Part shown: positions 1 to 9,364 of the stretch, piece after piece | Layout: each line of letters opens with the position of its first letter | Numbering within the stretch: the first letter of the stretch is position 1 | Origin: an uncultured bacterium | Lineage (GTDB): Bacteria > Verrucomicrobiota > Verrucomicrobiia > Verrucomicrobiales > DEV007 | Length of the DNA stretch: 64,000 nt | Assembly: GCA_963977015.1 (NCBI GenBank) | Contig: CAXBMO010000007.1 | Location: 32,001 to 96,000, forward strand | Reading direction: 5' to 3' | The notes under the pieces: generated by a model | Database searches by the model: none | What the model was told of the DNA's origin: nothing | The model's input: the letters and a program-made list of their open reading frames with translations, nothing else | Position numbers and translations under genes: made by a program

Positions 1-2071
1 AGAAATGCCCCACCGTAAACCTGAAGTCCCTGAACGGTTGGAAGGATAGGTAGGTATTCATCTCGGTGAAATCGAACTCATCACCAAGCGGAATTTGAGA
101 ATCCACAACCATCGAAAGCCATGGAAGGGGAATCCAACGCAACTCATTAAACAGGTTGGACATGTCACGGTTGGATTCCGGATCCTCAGGATACAATTCC
201 ATGAAGGTATTCAGTTCCAACCAAGGATAATTGCCTTCGTTTCTCTTCGTGAGAAGACGATTGTAAGCACCAACCCGAATGATGTTCCAATCCGTGATAC
301 TGTCAGTCGCGGGATAACGGCTTACATCGAGCGGACGGAGCTTGGTGGACGGAGCAAGGCGGTCGATCGCTGGAAATCCAGATCCCAAGCTCTCACCTGA
401 AACATAAGAATACCTCGTGTAGGGTTGAAAGACATGATGCAATTGATCCAACCCAAGTTTCCTGTTGTTCACCTGGTCATAGGTTTTTGACATCTTAAAT
501 GAGATGTCGGCCCCAAGGTTCACAAAGCTCCCGTCCACGGTATCTTCCATGAACAGGTTTCCAGAGACATCATCATAGCGCCGGTATCCAAAACCTGCCC
601 GAGGAACAACGTTCAACCATCCACCAAATTGAGCTGGGTAGGATACCTGCTGAAAGGTGTAGAACCTGTTAAACGAATTTTCGTCAAGTTGCCTGGTCAA
701 GCTTTCGATAAGATCGGCTTCGACCACCGGATCGATGATGCGATCCAAGAACTCCGGTCGATCATCGCCCGTGACATCGGCAAAATCTTCCAGCAACTGC
801 AAGCGCTCTTCGGCCAGCGCAGATCGGCCTCGAGCATACTCACGTTCAGAATCTGCCAACGACTCCTCGAGAACCGAGAAGCTGGTATTCCCCTCGTAGA
901 ACAAATTCGTATCAAAAATTGGCTGCCGGGTGAAATCGAGGGCGATTTCAGGCAATCGCGTGTCAGTCCGGAAAAAGTCGTTCAATTGAAACCGCCCAAG
1001 AACACTCAGCGTCCCCCGCGGATGATTCTTGACCAAATTAATCAGGTTGTCAGGCCGCGGATCGTCACGGTATTCACCGGGAAAGAAGTCCAAATAGAAC
1101 AATTCATCGCTGAGTTTGTTGATATCAACATCCAGATAAAGCGAGGATTCGTCGGGCCCGGGAATGTAAACCCGATGTTGCACATTGAAACGATATCTCT
1201 CCGAATCAAAATCGGTAAGCCTGGGTTCTCCACCGGTCCCCTGATTTGGGGCGTCATCCTGGGCATAGTAAAAATAGATCTGCCCAAAATTATCGGTGTC
1301 TTTGTGCTTCATCGACTCCAATTCAATACCACCAGCAAGACCGCGCTCTGATCGATAATCCAATTCAGCGGTAGCCAAGGTATGATCGCCGAGAAGGAAT
1401 CCATACTGATTTAAGACGTAGCCACCCCAGGCGTCGCTGTAGCCAGGAGTGAAGTAATAGCCCAACTCATCATCAACCGGCTGCGCATAGATTGGCATGT
1501 ACATCACCGGGACTCTTCCAAACATCAGCACCGCGCCTTTGAAGACGACGTATTCGTCGGGATAAATGTTGATCTGGCGGGCCTTGATCTTGTAGTTCGG
1601 ATTTTTGACATCATGGGTTGTCAAAAACGTGTCCTGAGTTCGGATCACGTCGATATCATCGCTGGGAAGAGTGACCTCTCCGGTATCGTAGTAAAGTGGA
1701 TCCAGACCGCTCCGCATCCCACTTGCAACGATCACCCCGGTATTGACGTTGTAGACGGTTTCTTCTCCCCGATAGACTTGGCCATCCTTAAAGATCGAAA
1801 CATTGTCTCTGGCAAAAATGTCGCCCGTATTCTGGTGATACTCTGCCTCGTTGGCATAAATCTTAACATCTCCGTAATTGATCACCACCTCCCCGCGTGC
1901 TCTCGCGATACCAAGTTGTTGATCGTAAGTAGTTTCCAGACTTTCGATCTGAACGGATTCGGCGGCTTCTTGAACCTCTCCCAGCATGTCAAGCTGCCCA
2001 AAGGAAGCACTGACTCCTGAAAGAAAGATGGCAAAGGGGAATAGCCGCGTGGTGTTGAGGATGTTGACCAT
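1..2071 (-). CDS. lptD: LPS-assembly outer membrane protein LptD (3' end runs off the window)
   Basis: Hand-translated minus-strand frame from ATG 2071 (alternative in-frame ATG 2098): MVNILNTTRLFPFAIFLSGVSASFGQ... signal-like N-terminus, OstA-like jellyroll (IARARGEVVINYGDVKIYANEAEY), FLTTHDVKNPNYKIKARQI and aromatic beta-barrel strands (FTPGYSDAWGGY, LDYRSERGLAGG). The same frame reads sensibly at position 1. Absent from the ORF track, consistent with no stop inside the window. Confidence 0.85.
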   Translation of the reverse strand, partial: MVNILNTTRLFPFAIFLSGVSASFGQLDMLGEVQEAAESVQIESLETTYDQQLGIARARGEVVINYGDVKIYANEAEYHQNTGDIFARDNVSIFKDGQVYRGEETVYNVNTGVIVASGMRSGLDPLYYDTGEVTLPSDDIDVIRTQDTFLTTHDVKNPNYKIKARQINIYPDEYVVFKGAVLMFGRVPVMYMPIYAQPVDDELGYYFTPGYSDAWGGYVLNQYGFLLGDHTLATAELDYRSERGLAGGIELESMKHKDTDNFGQIYFYYAQDDAPNQGTGGEPRLTDFDSERYRFNVQHRVYIPGPDESSLYLDVDINKLSDELFYLDFFPGEYRDDPRPDNLINLVKNHPRGTLSVLGRFQLNDFFRTDTRLPEIALDFTRQPIFDTNLFYEGNTSFSVLEESLADSEREYARGRSALAEERLQLLEDFADVTGDDRPEFLDRIIDPVVEADLIESLTRQLDENSFNRFYTFQQVSYPAQFGGWLNVVPRAGFGYRRYDDVSGNLFMEDTVDGSFVNLGADISFKMSKTYDQVNNRKLGLDQLHHVFQPYTRYSYVSGESLGSGFPAIDRLAPSTKLRPLDVSRYPATDSITDWNIIRVGAYNRLLTKRNEGNYPWLELNTFMELYPEDPESNRDMSNLFNELRWIPLPWLSMVVDSQIPLGDEFDFTEMNTYLSFQPFRDFRFTVGHF

Positions 2072-2291
2072 GGCAGACGGGTTGGAGGGACCTAACATTT
2101 GTCCCATTCCTTAACAACTCCAAATTTTCGTTAACTTGGAGTTATCTTGGGCCACCTTTTAACAATGAATCATCAGTTTACCAAAGAAAAAAACGCAAAT
2201 ATCACGCTGAAACCTCTCATTCAATGAATCGGCCGCCCACTTTGCGGGTGCAACGCAGCCGCAATTCGCCCCGAGGAATTCCGAACCGCTT

Positions 2292-3215
2292 CTAGCACTC
2301 CAATTCTGCAAGATAGCGCTCCGCATCCAGGGCTGCCGCACAGCCATCACCGGCCGCAGTAATGGCCTGCCGGTAAACGTGATCACTCACATCGCCAGCC
2401 GCAAAGAGACCGGTAACGTTGGTCATCGTGCCCTTTCGCTGAAGAATGTAACCATTCTCATCGAGATCGACGACTCCATTCAGAAACTGGGTGTTGGGAT
2501 CGTGCCCAATTGCGACAAAGACACATTTCACCTCCAGTTCGCCTGAATCCCCGTTCACCGTGTTCTCGGTTTTCACTTTGGTAACCTCGCCATCGTCGTC
2601 GGCGACATATTCCGTTACAACGGCGTTCCAGACGGGTTCAATCTTCGGATTGGCCAACGTTCGATCAGCCATGATTTTGGAAGCCCTCAGCTCATCCCTG
2701 CGATGCACGAGATAGACCTTTGAAGCAAATTTGGTCAGGAACATCGCTTCTTCACAGGCGGAATCCCCTCCCCCAATCACAGCAACCGGGACATCCCGAT
2801 AGAAAGCACCGTCACAGGTTGCGCAACTCGTCACGCCATGCCCGATCAGTTCCTTTTCATTGGGCAGGTTCAAATACCGGGGGCTCGCTCCGGTTGCCAG
2901 AATGACCGTCTTGGCCTCGTAAGTTTGCTCTCCCGCCTGAACTTCGAAATGCTCCCCGACTTTCTTGATTCCCGAAACCATCTCATACTTGACCCGGGTT
3001 CCAAACTTCTCCGCTTGGGCCTGCATTTTCCCCATCAATTCGGGCCCCATAACGCCCTCCGGAAAACCTGGAAAATTCTCCACCTCGGTTGTCGTTGTGA
3101 GTTGGCCACCAGGCATCGCTCCGGCGAGAACCAGGGGATCAAGGTTTGCGCGGGCCGAGTAGATTGCGGCGGTCCAACCGGCGCAACCGGTTCCTACAAT
3201 GACAACGTTTTCCAT
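2292..3215 (-). CDS. trxB: Thioredoxin-disulfide reductase
   Basis: GTGCAG FAD motif, GGQLTTTTEVENFPGF, CATCDG redox centre, GGGDSA, YRQAITAAG. Confidence 0.97.
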   Translation of the reverse strand: MENVVIVGTGCAGWTAAIYSARANLDPLVLAGAMPGGQLTTTTEVENFPGFPEGVMGPELMGKMQAQAEKFGTRVKYEMVSGIKKVGEHFEVQAGEQTYEAKTVILATGASPRYLNLPNEKELIGHGVTSCATCDGAFYRDVPVAVIGGGDSACEEAMFLTKFASKVYLVHRRDELRASKIMADRTLANPKIEPVWNAVVTEYVADDDGEVTKVKTENTVNGDSGELEVKCVFVAIGHDPNTQFLNGVVDLDENGYILQRKGTMTNVTGLFAAGDVSDHVYRQAITAAGDGCAAALDAERYLAELEC

Positions 3216-3265
3216 GGCGAAGGATTATGAATTGGTTCGATCCGTCGTCAAATCCTCACGCGACC

Positions 3266-3844
3266 TTAATCAGACAATGCCGGAATTCCTTCCACTGCGC
3301 CCCGCAACTCCTCAAAATAGTCCTTCGCCTTCCCCGGGACGTAGCCGCTCCTTCTCCAGAGCTCCTTCCCTTTGTGATCCAGCAAGACGATGGTTGGGTA
3401 TCCGGTGATGCGATATCGCTCCTTCATCATCTGCATCGATTCCGGGGCCGAGCTGATCGATTGAGGGTAATCCAGAAATGACATCACCAATTCCTTCCGG
3501 GCAAAATCGTTAAACGTCCGACTCAGGAAGACTTCATCCCCCAGTTTTCGGGCATTCTCGCTCCAACTTAAGGCCGTAAAGAGAATCAAAAGCGGCCGGT
3601 CTTGCTTCCGCGCATCCTGCATAGCCTTGCCCGGATGGCGCTCCCAGCCGACAAATTGGATGCTGGAATAGTCCCGATCGGGCAACGCCCCCTCTTGAAC
3701 GCCACCCGTTGGGTCGAAATCCTCAGGAAGAAATGACGGCTCTTCCAGCGTCTCTTCAGCCTGGAAGTCCCCGGTTTCGTCAGTCGCACATCCTCCAAGA
3801 AGAACGCAACATGCGATCACAGCGCCATAAATTTTCAGGGACAT
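3266..3844 (-). CDS. Thioredoxin-fold lipoprotein (DsbH/SoxW-like) lacking CxxC
   Basis: Lipobox VLLGGC; PLLILFTALSWSENARKL at the usual FTGSDWCxxC position; cis-Pro motif YRITGYPTIVLLD. ATG 3844 preferred over GTG 3871. Confidence 0.75.
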   Translation of the reverse strand: MSLKIYGAVIACCVLLGGCATDETGDFQAEETLEEPSFLPEDFDPTGGVQEGALPDRDYSSIQFVGWERHPGKAMQDARKQDRPLLILFTALSWSENARKLGDEVFLSRTFNDFARKELVMSFLDYPQSISSAPESMQMMKERYRITGYPTIVLLDHKGKELWRRSGYVPGKAKDYFEELRGAVEGIPALSD

Positions 3845-3889
3845 CTGCTGATTGGACGGCTGAAGACTCACGCCTTCACCAAAAACAAC

Positions 3890-6800
3890 CTATGGATTTG
3901 AAGTGACCACCTCCGCTTTGCGCAAAATCGTCTCCCCTCCCTTGTCTTCCAAGTAGAGGTAGCCGCGTCGCAATGTCTCGACGACTTTGGTCACGTTCTT
4001 TGGCTTGTCGCTCGTGGTATCAACGATTCGCACGAGCCGTCGACTCTTCAGGTCAATTCGAGTGCCAGGGTCGAACTCGAAGGCTTTGACGGAATAATCC
4101 CCCAAAGTGTCGAGCAAGGCTTCCCGGAAAATGGCCAACTGCTCACCCTGATCCCGAGTTGCGCTGTCATTGGTGTATCGACGCACCATATCGTCCAGCA
4201 GGTCGATTCTTCGAATCAGGTTCGTTGCAAAATCCTGGATGGTACCGGCCTCGAGCGTCGCGGCTCCCGCCAGGACCTGCGATCGGTCTTCCAAATCGCG
4301 AGTTCGTTTTTCCAATTGGGCCCGTTCGCGATCCTTGCGCTGCAATTGTTGCTCGAGATCAGCCAATTCTTCCGCCTTCTTATCCATGCTTGTGATCCGT
4401 TCCTGAATCACTCGCTCCCGTTTTTCAATCTCCTGCAATTGCTGAGTACGTTTCTCCAATTCCTGCTGGGCCTGCGTTTTCTGATTCTCCAGGGAATCAA
4501 ACTGTCGTGACGAAAGGCTGACCCGCTCCAACTTTTCGTTGGCTTCGTCTATCTCTCGCAGCTTGTTCGCCAACTCTTCTTCCGCCGCATTCCGCTTGGC
4601 GATGATGTCGTTCAGTCGACTACTATGAGTGTCTTCCAGTTCACGCCGCTCGGAATCCGTCATTTGCACGCTCGAACGCGCCTGATGCAGGTTTGCCTCG
4701 AGCTCCCTCAGCTCCAGTGTTCCCGCAGAGATTCGATCACGAAGCCTTTTTTCCGCTCCGTCGAGATGTTCCAAACCAACCTTCTTTTCGCGATGAGCTC
4801 CGTCTGAGGCTGATCTGGCATATTCAATATCTTCGTTGACGAGCCTCAGCGTTTCGTAGGCATCGTTGATCTTTTCATCCACACTTTGGAGCTCAGTTCG
4901 CTTGTCCTTCACCAAGCGTTCATGGCGCTCCTGCTCCTGGCGGAGATCCGTCTTCGCCCGAAGCAACTCTTCCTCTCTCTCCTGAACCATTCCGGCGAGT
5001 TCCTTCATGTGACGTTCGATCTCCTCGACCTTTTTGCGTTTCGACTGGAACTGCCGCTCCATGTCTTCACACTGCTCAACGGCCTTATCCTGCTCGCTCT
5101 CCACGTTCTTCGTCTCGATCTCGGCGTTCTTCTTGCGCCGGTGAAGCACCTCGATCTCCTCTTCACGCTCCCTTACCTGAAGCCTCATATCGTCGAGACA
5201 AGCTTCGATCCGCTCGAAGTCCGCCCTGAGATCACGAAGATTGCTCTGTTCGCGCTGGCGCTCGTTCCGTGCTTCCAGAAGAGCACCTTCCGCTGCCTCA
5301 GTTTCAGTTTTGAAGGATGCTCGCGTTTTTTCGAGATTCGCCATCTCTGTTTCAGCTTCCGTTCGAACCTGGGCCAAAGCCTCTCTCCTCGCCTCAATCG
5401 CCTTGTCAATATCCGCAAGCTCATGCTCACGCGCGGCCCGCTTCGTCAGAAAATCGGCAGCCTCCTCGTCGGCATCTGCCTTCTGGGTTTGGAGTGCCAA
5501 AATCTGGTGCTGAATAGACCGTTGATCTTCGAGCAATTTCTCCCTCTCAACCCGGGCTGCATCGGATTCCGCCCTCAGTTCTTCGAGCTGCCCTTCCGCC
5601 TCGGCAACCTCGTCATGAAGTTCCTCAAACCGCTCTCGCTCCAGCTCGTAGGACGTTTTCGTCTTGGCAGTTTCGGCACTAAAGATATCGAGTTTGTCGC
5701 GAGTCTCATCGATTGACGCTTCGATTTGGGCCAAGTCGCCTCGCTTGTCCTCAAGCTCGTCCTCCATCTCCTCGATCTGCTCCCTCATCCGGATCTTATG
5801 GCCTGCGACGTCGGCGATCGCCGCCCGAATATCGGCTGTATCCTCATCGAGATTCGCTTTCTCTCGTTGCGCGCGCTTTAGCTCTTCCTTGGCAGCCGCC
5901 AATGCTTGTTTCCCCTGACGCTCTTCATTCTGGATCGCCTCCAATTTCTCGGATTCGCGACGCTGCGAAGCCATCGCCGTTTCCAGTTCAGTCCGCACCG
6001 CATCAAGCTTTGCCCGGCTTTCCTCCATCGCCTTGGTGTTCTCCTTGGCTTTGGCCATCGCAGCTTTGGCCTCCTTCTCGGCGTTCTCCTTCTTCTGATC
6101 GAAATCCTGGAGAATTTGGCGCAATTGCCGGGTCTCGGAATCGGCCAGCTTCCGCTCCTGCTTGGCTTCATTGAGTTGAGCGACCGCTGCCGCAACCAGG
6201 GCCTTCTCACTATCGAGCCTTTTGCGAACTTCGCTTAGTTCGGCATTATCCCGCTCCATCGCGCCCTGCGCATCATCCAGATCGGCGCGCGCTTTCTCGG
6301 CGGCCTCTTGAGCTTCTTCCGCCTCACGCCTTAAACTGCTGATCTTTGTGCGCAAAGACTCGCTTTCCTCTCGCATTTCCTCTCGATCAGATCGCAGAGC
6401 CTCGGTTTCTTTTCGCAAGGAAACCGCCCGTTCCTCCGCCTCTGCCGTTTTTGCGAGTGCAGACTTCTGACGCTGCTCCAACTCCGGAACGGAGTCGCGA
6501 AGTTCCTTGGTCTCCTGACGCAACTTTGAATGCTGCTCCTCAAGAGAGGTAACTTCTTCACGAAGCTTGGACCGCTTTTCATTGGCAACGGCTCGTTCTT
6601 TCCGTGCCTGTTCGACTTCATCCTGGATCTTATCCAGTTCATCCCAAAGCTCGTTAATTTGACGCTCGGCCTTGATCCCGTCACGGGAAGCCGAAACCAA
6701 CTGCTGCTCCCTTCCGCGATACAGTTGCAAAGACTTCCGGACGCTTCCCAATTCGTCTTGCAGCGAAGAGAGGTCTTTCTCTGCCGATTGAACTTCGCTA

Positions 6801-7888
6801 CGATCCTTTTCCAACAACGCCTTTCGCCGTTCGACTTCGGCGTTGAGCTGCTCGTTTTCCCGAATCAGTTGCGAGTTGATCGTCGCCGACGACTCGACCT
6901 CTGTCCTCAGCTTGCCAAACAAATCCTCTTCGGTTTTGCGCTTGGCTTCGACGTTCTTGATCTCGGTATCGATTCGCTCCAGCTCATCCCGACGTTTGGC
7001 CAGTTCTTCCTCATATTTGCGCTTCGAATCCGCGTGAGAGGAGAGCTTTTCCTCGATCGCGACCAAATCTTTCTCGCGCCTCGCAAGCTGAGCTTCAAAC
7101 TCGCGCATCTGGCCGCTGCGACGCTCCAAATCTTCATGCTCGGTTTGGAGATTCTCGATGTTTTTTCGCAGATCATTCTGGCGCTTGGCCGCACGAGACA
7201 TCTCTGTTAGGTGCTGTTTCACCAACTTCAACTGCGCGGTCTTCTCGGCAATGATGGCCTCCATCGCCTCAAGCTTCTTTTCGCGTTTGTCGATGCCACG
7301 TTGAGCCAATCGATCTCGCCAAGTGGAGGGCCGAGTCATTTCGGGCTCATCAAGCTCTGGCTGGATGTCCTGACGCCGGAGAGCAATCGCCTTCGTACGT
7401 TGCTCAGCAAGCTCGGCCTTGGCGTGATTCAGGTGATCGGTCTGAATGCGACCGGTTTTTTCGAGACTGGCAACTTTGGAGCTACTCTCCCCTTTCGATG
7501 TAACGGAATGAGAAAGCGTCTTCGCCAACGAGTCAGGCTGCCCCAATTTCGAGCGACGCTGGGATGGAGGGGTGAGCGGCGCAACCCGCGGAACCGCCGG
7601 AATGTCTTCAATTGAGGACTCCAAAACGCCGAACACAATCACATCTCCGGCTTTCACCACTTTGCTCTTCAGCTTCTCTCCATTGATCGTCGTCCCATTG
7701 TGCGAATCTTGATCAATCACCTCAATTTCTCCGCTTTCATGCCGAACGAACTCGGCATGATATCCCGAAACATAGCTGTCCGGAATGACAATATCGTTGT
7801 CCGTGCGCCGACCGATGCGCAACGAAGGCTGGTCAATGGCATGAGTGGACGATTCGCCGTCCTCGTATCGAATTCTCAGCTGTAGCAT
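3890..7888 (-). CDS. FHA-domain, very long coiled-coil protein with C-terminal GrpE-like domain
   Basis: N-terminal FHA (IGRRTDNDIVI..VSGYHA..DQDSHNGTTING); about 1050 aa of E/K/R/A/L-rich heptads; C-terminus FDPG...VVETLRRGY...ILRKAEVV. ATG 7888 preferred; the ORF track starts at TTG 7963. Confidence 0.85.
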   Translation of the reverse strand: MLQLRIRYEDGESSTHAIDQPSLRIGRRTDNDIVIPDSYVSGYHAEFVRHESGEIEVIDQDSHNGTTINGEKLKSKVVKAGDVIVFGVLESSIEDIPAVPRVAPLTPPSQRRSKLGQPDSLAKTLSHSVTSKGESSSKVASLEKTGRIQTDHLNHAKAELAEQRTKAIALRRQDIQPELDEPEMTRPSTWRDRLAQRGIDKREKKLEAMEAIIAEKTAQLKLVKQHLTEMSRAAKRQNDLRKNIENLQTEHEDLERRSGQMREFEAQLARREKDLVAIEEKLSSHADSKRKYEEELAKRRDELERIDTEIKNVEAKRKTEEDLFGKLRTEVESSATINSQLIRENEQLNAEVERRKALLEKDRSEVQSAEKDLSSLQDELGSVRKSLQLYRGREQQLVSASRDGIKAERQINELWDELDKIQDEVEQARKERAVANEKRSKLREEVTSLEEQHSKLRQETKELRDSVPELEQRQKSALAKTAEAEERAVSLRKETEALRSDREEMREESESLRTKISSLRREAEEAQEAAEKARADLDDAQGAMERDNAELSEVRKRLDSEKALVAAAVAQLNEAKQERKLADSETRQLRQILQDFDQKKENAEKEAKAAMAKAKENTKAMEESRAKLDAVRTELETAMASQRRESEKLEAIQNEERQGKQALAAAKEELKRAQREKANLDEDTADIRAAIADVAGHKIRMREQIEEMEDELEDKRGDLAQIEASIDETRDKLDIFSAETAKTKTSYELERERFEELHDEVAEAEGQLEELRAESDAARVEREKLLEDQRSIQHQILALQTQKADADEEAADFLTKRAAREHELADIDKAIEARREALAQVRTEAETEMANLEKTRASFKTETEAAEGALLEARNERQREQSNLRDLRADFERIEACLDDMRLQVREREEEIEVLHRRKKNAEIETKNVESEQDKAVEQCEDMERQFQSKRKKVEEIERHMKELAGMVQEREEELLRAKTDLRQEQERHERLVKDKRTELQSVDEKINDAYETLRLVNEDIEYARSASDGAHREKKVGLEHLDGAEKRLRDRISAGTLELRELEANLHQARSSVQMTDSERRELEDTHSSRLNDIIAKRNAAEEELANKLREIDEANEKLERVSLSSRQFDSLENQKTQAQQELEKRTQQLQEIEKRERVIQERITSMDKKAEELADLEQQLQRKDRERAQLEKRTRDLEDRSQVLAGAATLEAGTIQDFATNLIRRIDLLDDMVRRYTNDSATRDQGEQLAIFREALLDTLGDYSVKAFEFDPGTRIDLKSRRLVRIVDTTSDKPKNVTKVVETLRRGYLYLEDKGGETILRKAEVVTSNP

Positions 7889-8136
7889 CGCAGCTTGGGT
7901 TAAAGTGTTTGCTCTCCCCTTACGCGGGGCGCCCTCAGTGAGAGTTGGTGTTGTCGTGCTCAAAACTGAGTGAAATTTCCAGATTTTTAAAAACTATTCG
8001 CAATGATACGAACTTTTCCAGCAATGTGCAATCAGCAGTCTACGTTGAAGAAAGAAAATGCTACAATTTGCAAAGAAACTATTCAATCCGGATTTCCAAT
8101 GACCTACAAGAAAAAAGTTCGCCCATTCGACGTTCT

Positions 8137-8730
8137 TTAAGATTCTACTGAGGCCATGCGGCGCTGGCGAACAGCCTCGAAAAGACAAACGCCGGTAGCG
8201 ACCGAAACATTGAGGCACTCAACGGAACCTGACATCGGTATTTGCGCCAAAAAATCACAATTTTCCCGCGTGAGCCGACGCATTCCTTTTCCCTCGGCTC
8301 CCATCACAATTCCGATCGGCCCCGCCAAGTCCACATCATAAAGCGACTGTTCTCCACTGTCATCCGTTCCGACGAGCCAAATCCCAGCCTCCTGAAGCTT
8401 TTGCATGGCCCTCACCAAATTGGTGACTTGAACGACTGGCGTCACTTCAGCAGCTCCGCAGGCAACACGCCGCACCGTATCCGTCAACGAAGCTGAATGA
8501 TGCTTTGGTGTCACGACAGCAATTGCCCCAGCTGCATTGGCTGAGCGAAGGCATGCGCCGAGATTGTGAGGATCGGTCACTTCATCCAGAATCAGCACCA
8601 GGGGTGAGTCAGGGTGACGCTGGACGGCTTGGATCAGTTCATCCTCGGTAAGCCTCGGGGTAAACCCGTCGACCTCTGAGTGCCGATTTTGGCGTGCTTC
8701 AGGTTTTCGATCTCTGCGACGCTGCTTCAT
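8137..8730 (-). CDS. rlmB: 23S rRNA 2'-O-methyltransferase, RlmB/TrmH (SPOUT) family, short form
   Basis: [46 protein letters not shown]. Confidence 0.88.
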   Translation of the reverse strand: MKQRRRDRKPEARQNRHSEVDGFTPRLTEDELIQAVQRHPDSPLVLILDEVTDPHNLGACLRSANAAGAIAVVTPKHHSASLTDTVRRVACGAAEVTPVVQVTNLVRAMQKLQEAGIWLVGTDDSGEQSLYDVDLAGPIGIVMGAEGKGMRRLTRENCDFLAQIPMSGSVECLNVSVATGVCLFEAVRQRRMASVES

Positions 8731-9002
8731 AAAGAGTTAGGAGATTGGCATTGTATTCTGGATAGAACCTTTCGCGACGAGAATTTCTCCGCGTAGACGG
8801 AAGCGATCCAGCAAGCAACACCCACACCTCGAGGCTCCAATCCATGGGCGCTTGCCTAATTTTTCACTTTTCCACAATTACCAGACAAACAGGATCCCAA
8901 CTAGACAACGAACACAAATATCCCTTCGCTTTTTGCTCAATGGCGGCGATTATAAGGAACAACAACAGTTCTGAAGAGACTGCCCCCTGTTTAAAAATTT
9001 AT

Positions 9003-9305
9003 ATGGCAACCCGTAGACCAACAAGAAGACGCCGAGGCGGAAACCGCCGAAGAGGCCCCCGCAAACAAAACTCCGGAGAATCCAGCGAGTCCAAAGAAAA
9101 TTGTTTGGAACTCGAAGGCACCATTCACTCGGTCCTTCCGGGAACCATGTTTCGCGTCCAGTTGTCAAATGGCCATCTTGTCCTCGCCCATATCTCAGGC
9201 AAAATGAGAAAACGTTTCATCAAGTTGGTGATTGGAGACAAGGTGAAACTTGAGATGTCCCCCTACGATACCGACAAGGCACGGATCGTATATCGCCTCA
9301 ACTGA
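9003..9305 (+). CDS. infA: Translation initiation factor IF-1 with Arg-rich N-terminal extension
   Basis: [57 protein letters not shown] 9003. Confidence 0.95.
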   Translation: MATRRPTRRRRGGNRRRGPRKQNSGESSESKENCLELEGTIHSVLPGTMFRVQLSNGHLVLAHISGKMRKRFIKLVIGDKVKLEMSPYDTDKARIVYRLN

Positions 9306-9364
9306 CCGGTCTCCTTCGTTCTGATTGAACGAACGTTGTTTCTTCTCTCAAACTCTCGCAGGAG

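Noticed and set aside
95-2020. Plus-strand ORFs 95-400, 629-1351 and 1613-2020
   Set aside because: Antisense shadows of the lptD frame; no recognisable motifs.
3890-7963. SMC/SbcC annotation for the long coiled-coil protein
   Set aside because: No Walker A/B, ABC signature, hinge or zinc hook.
8844-9002. Long upstream extensions in the ORF track (infA here; likewise icd, nitroreductase, DUF1080, M48, thioesterase, addB)
   Set aside because: They come from the first available start codon; family similarity or signal peptides begin at later ATGs, and several extensions would overlap divergent genes.
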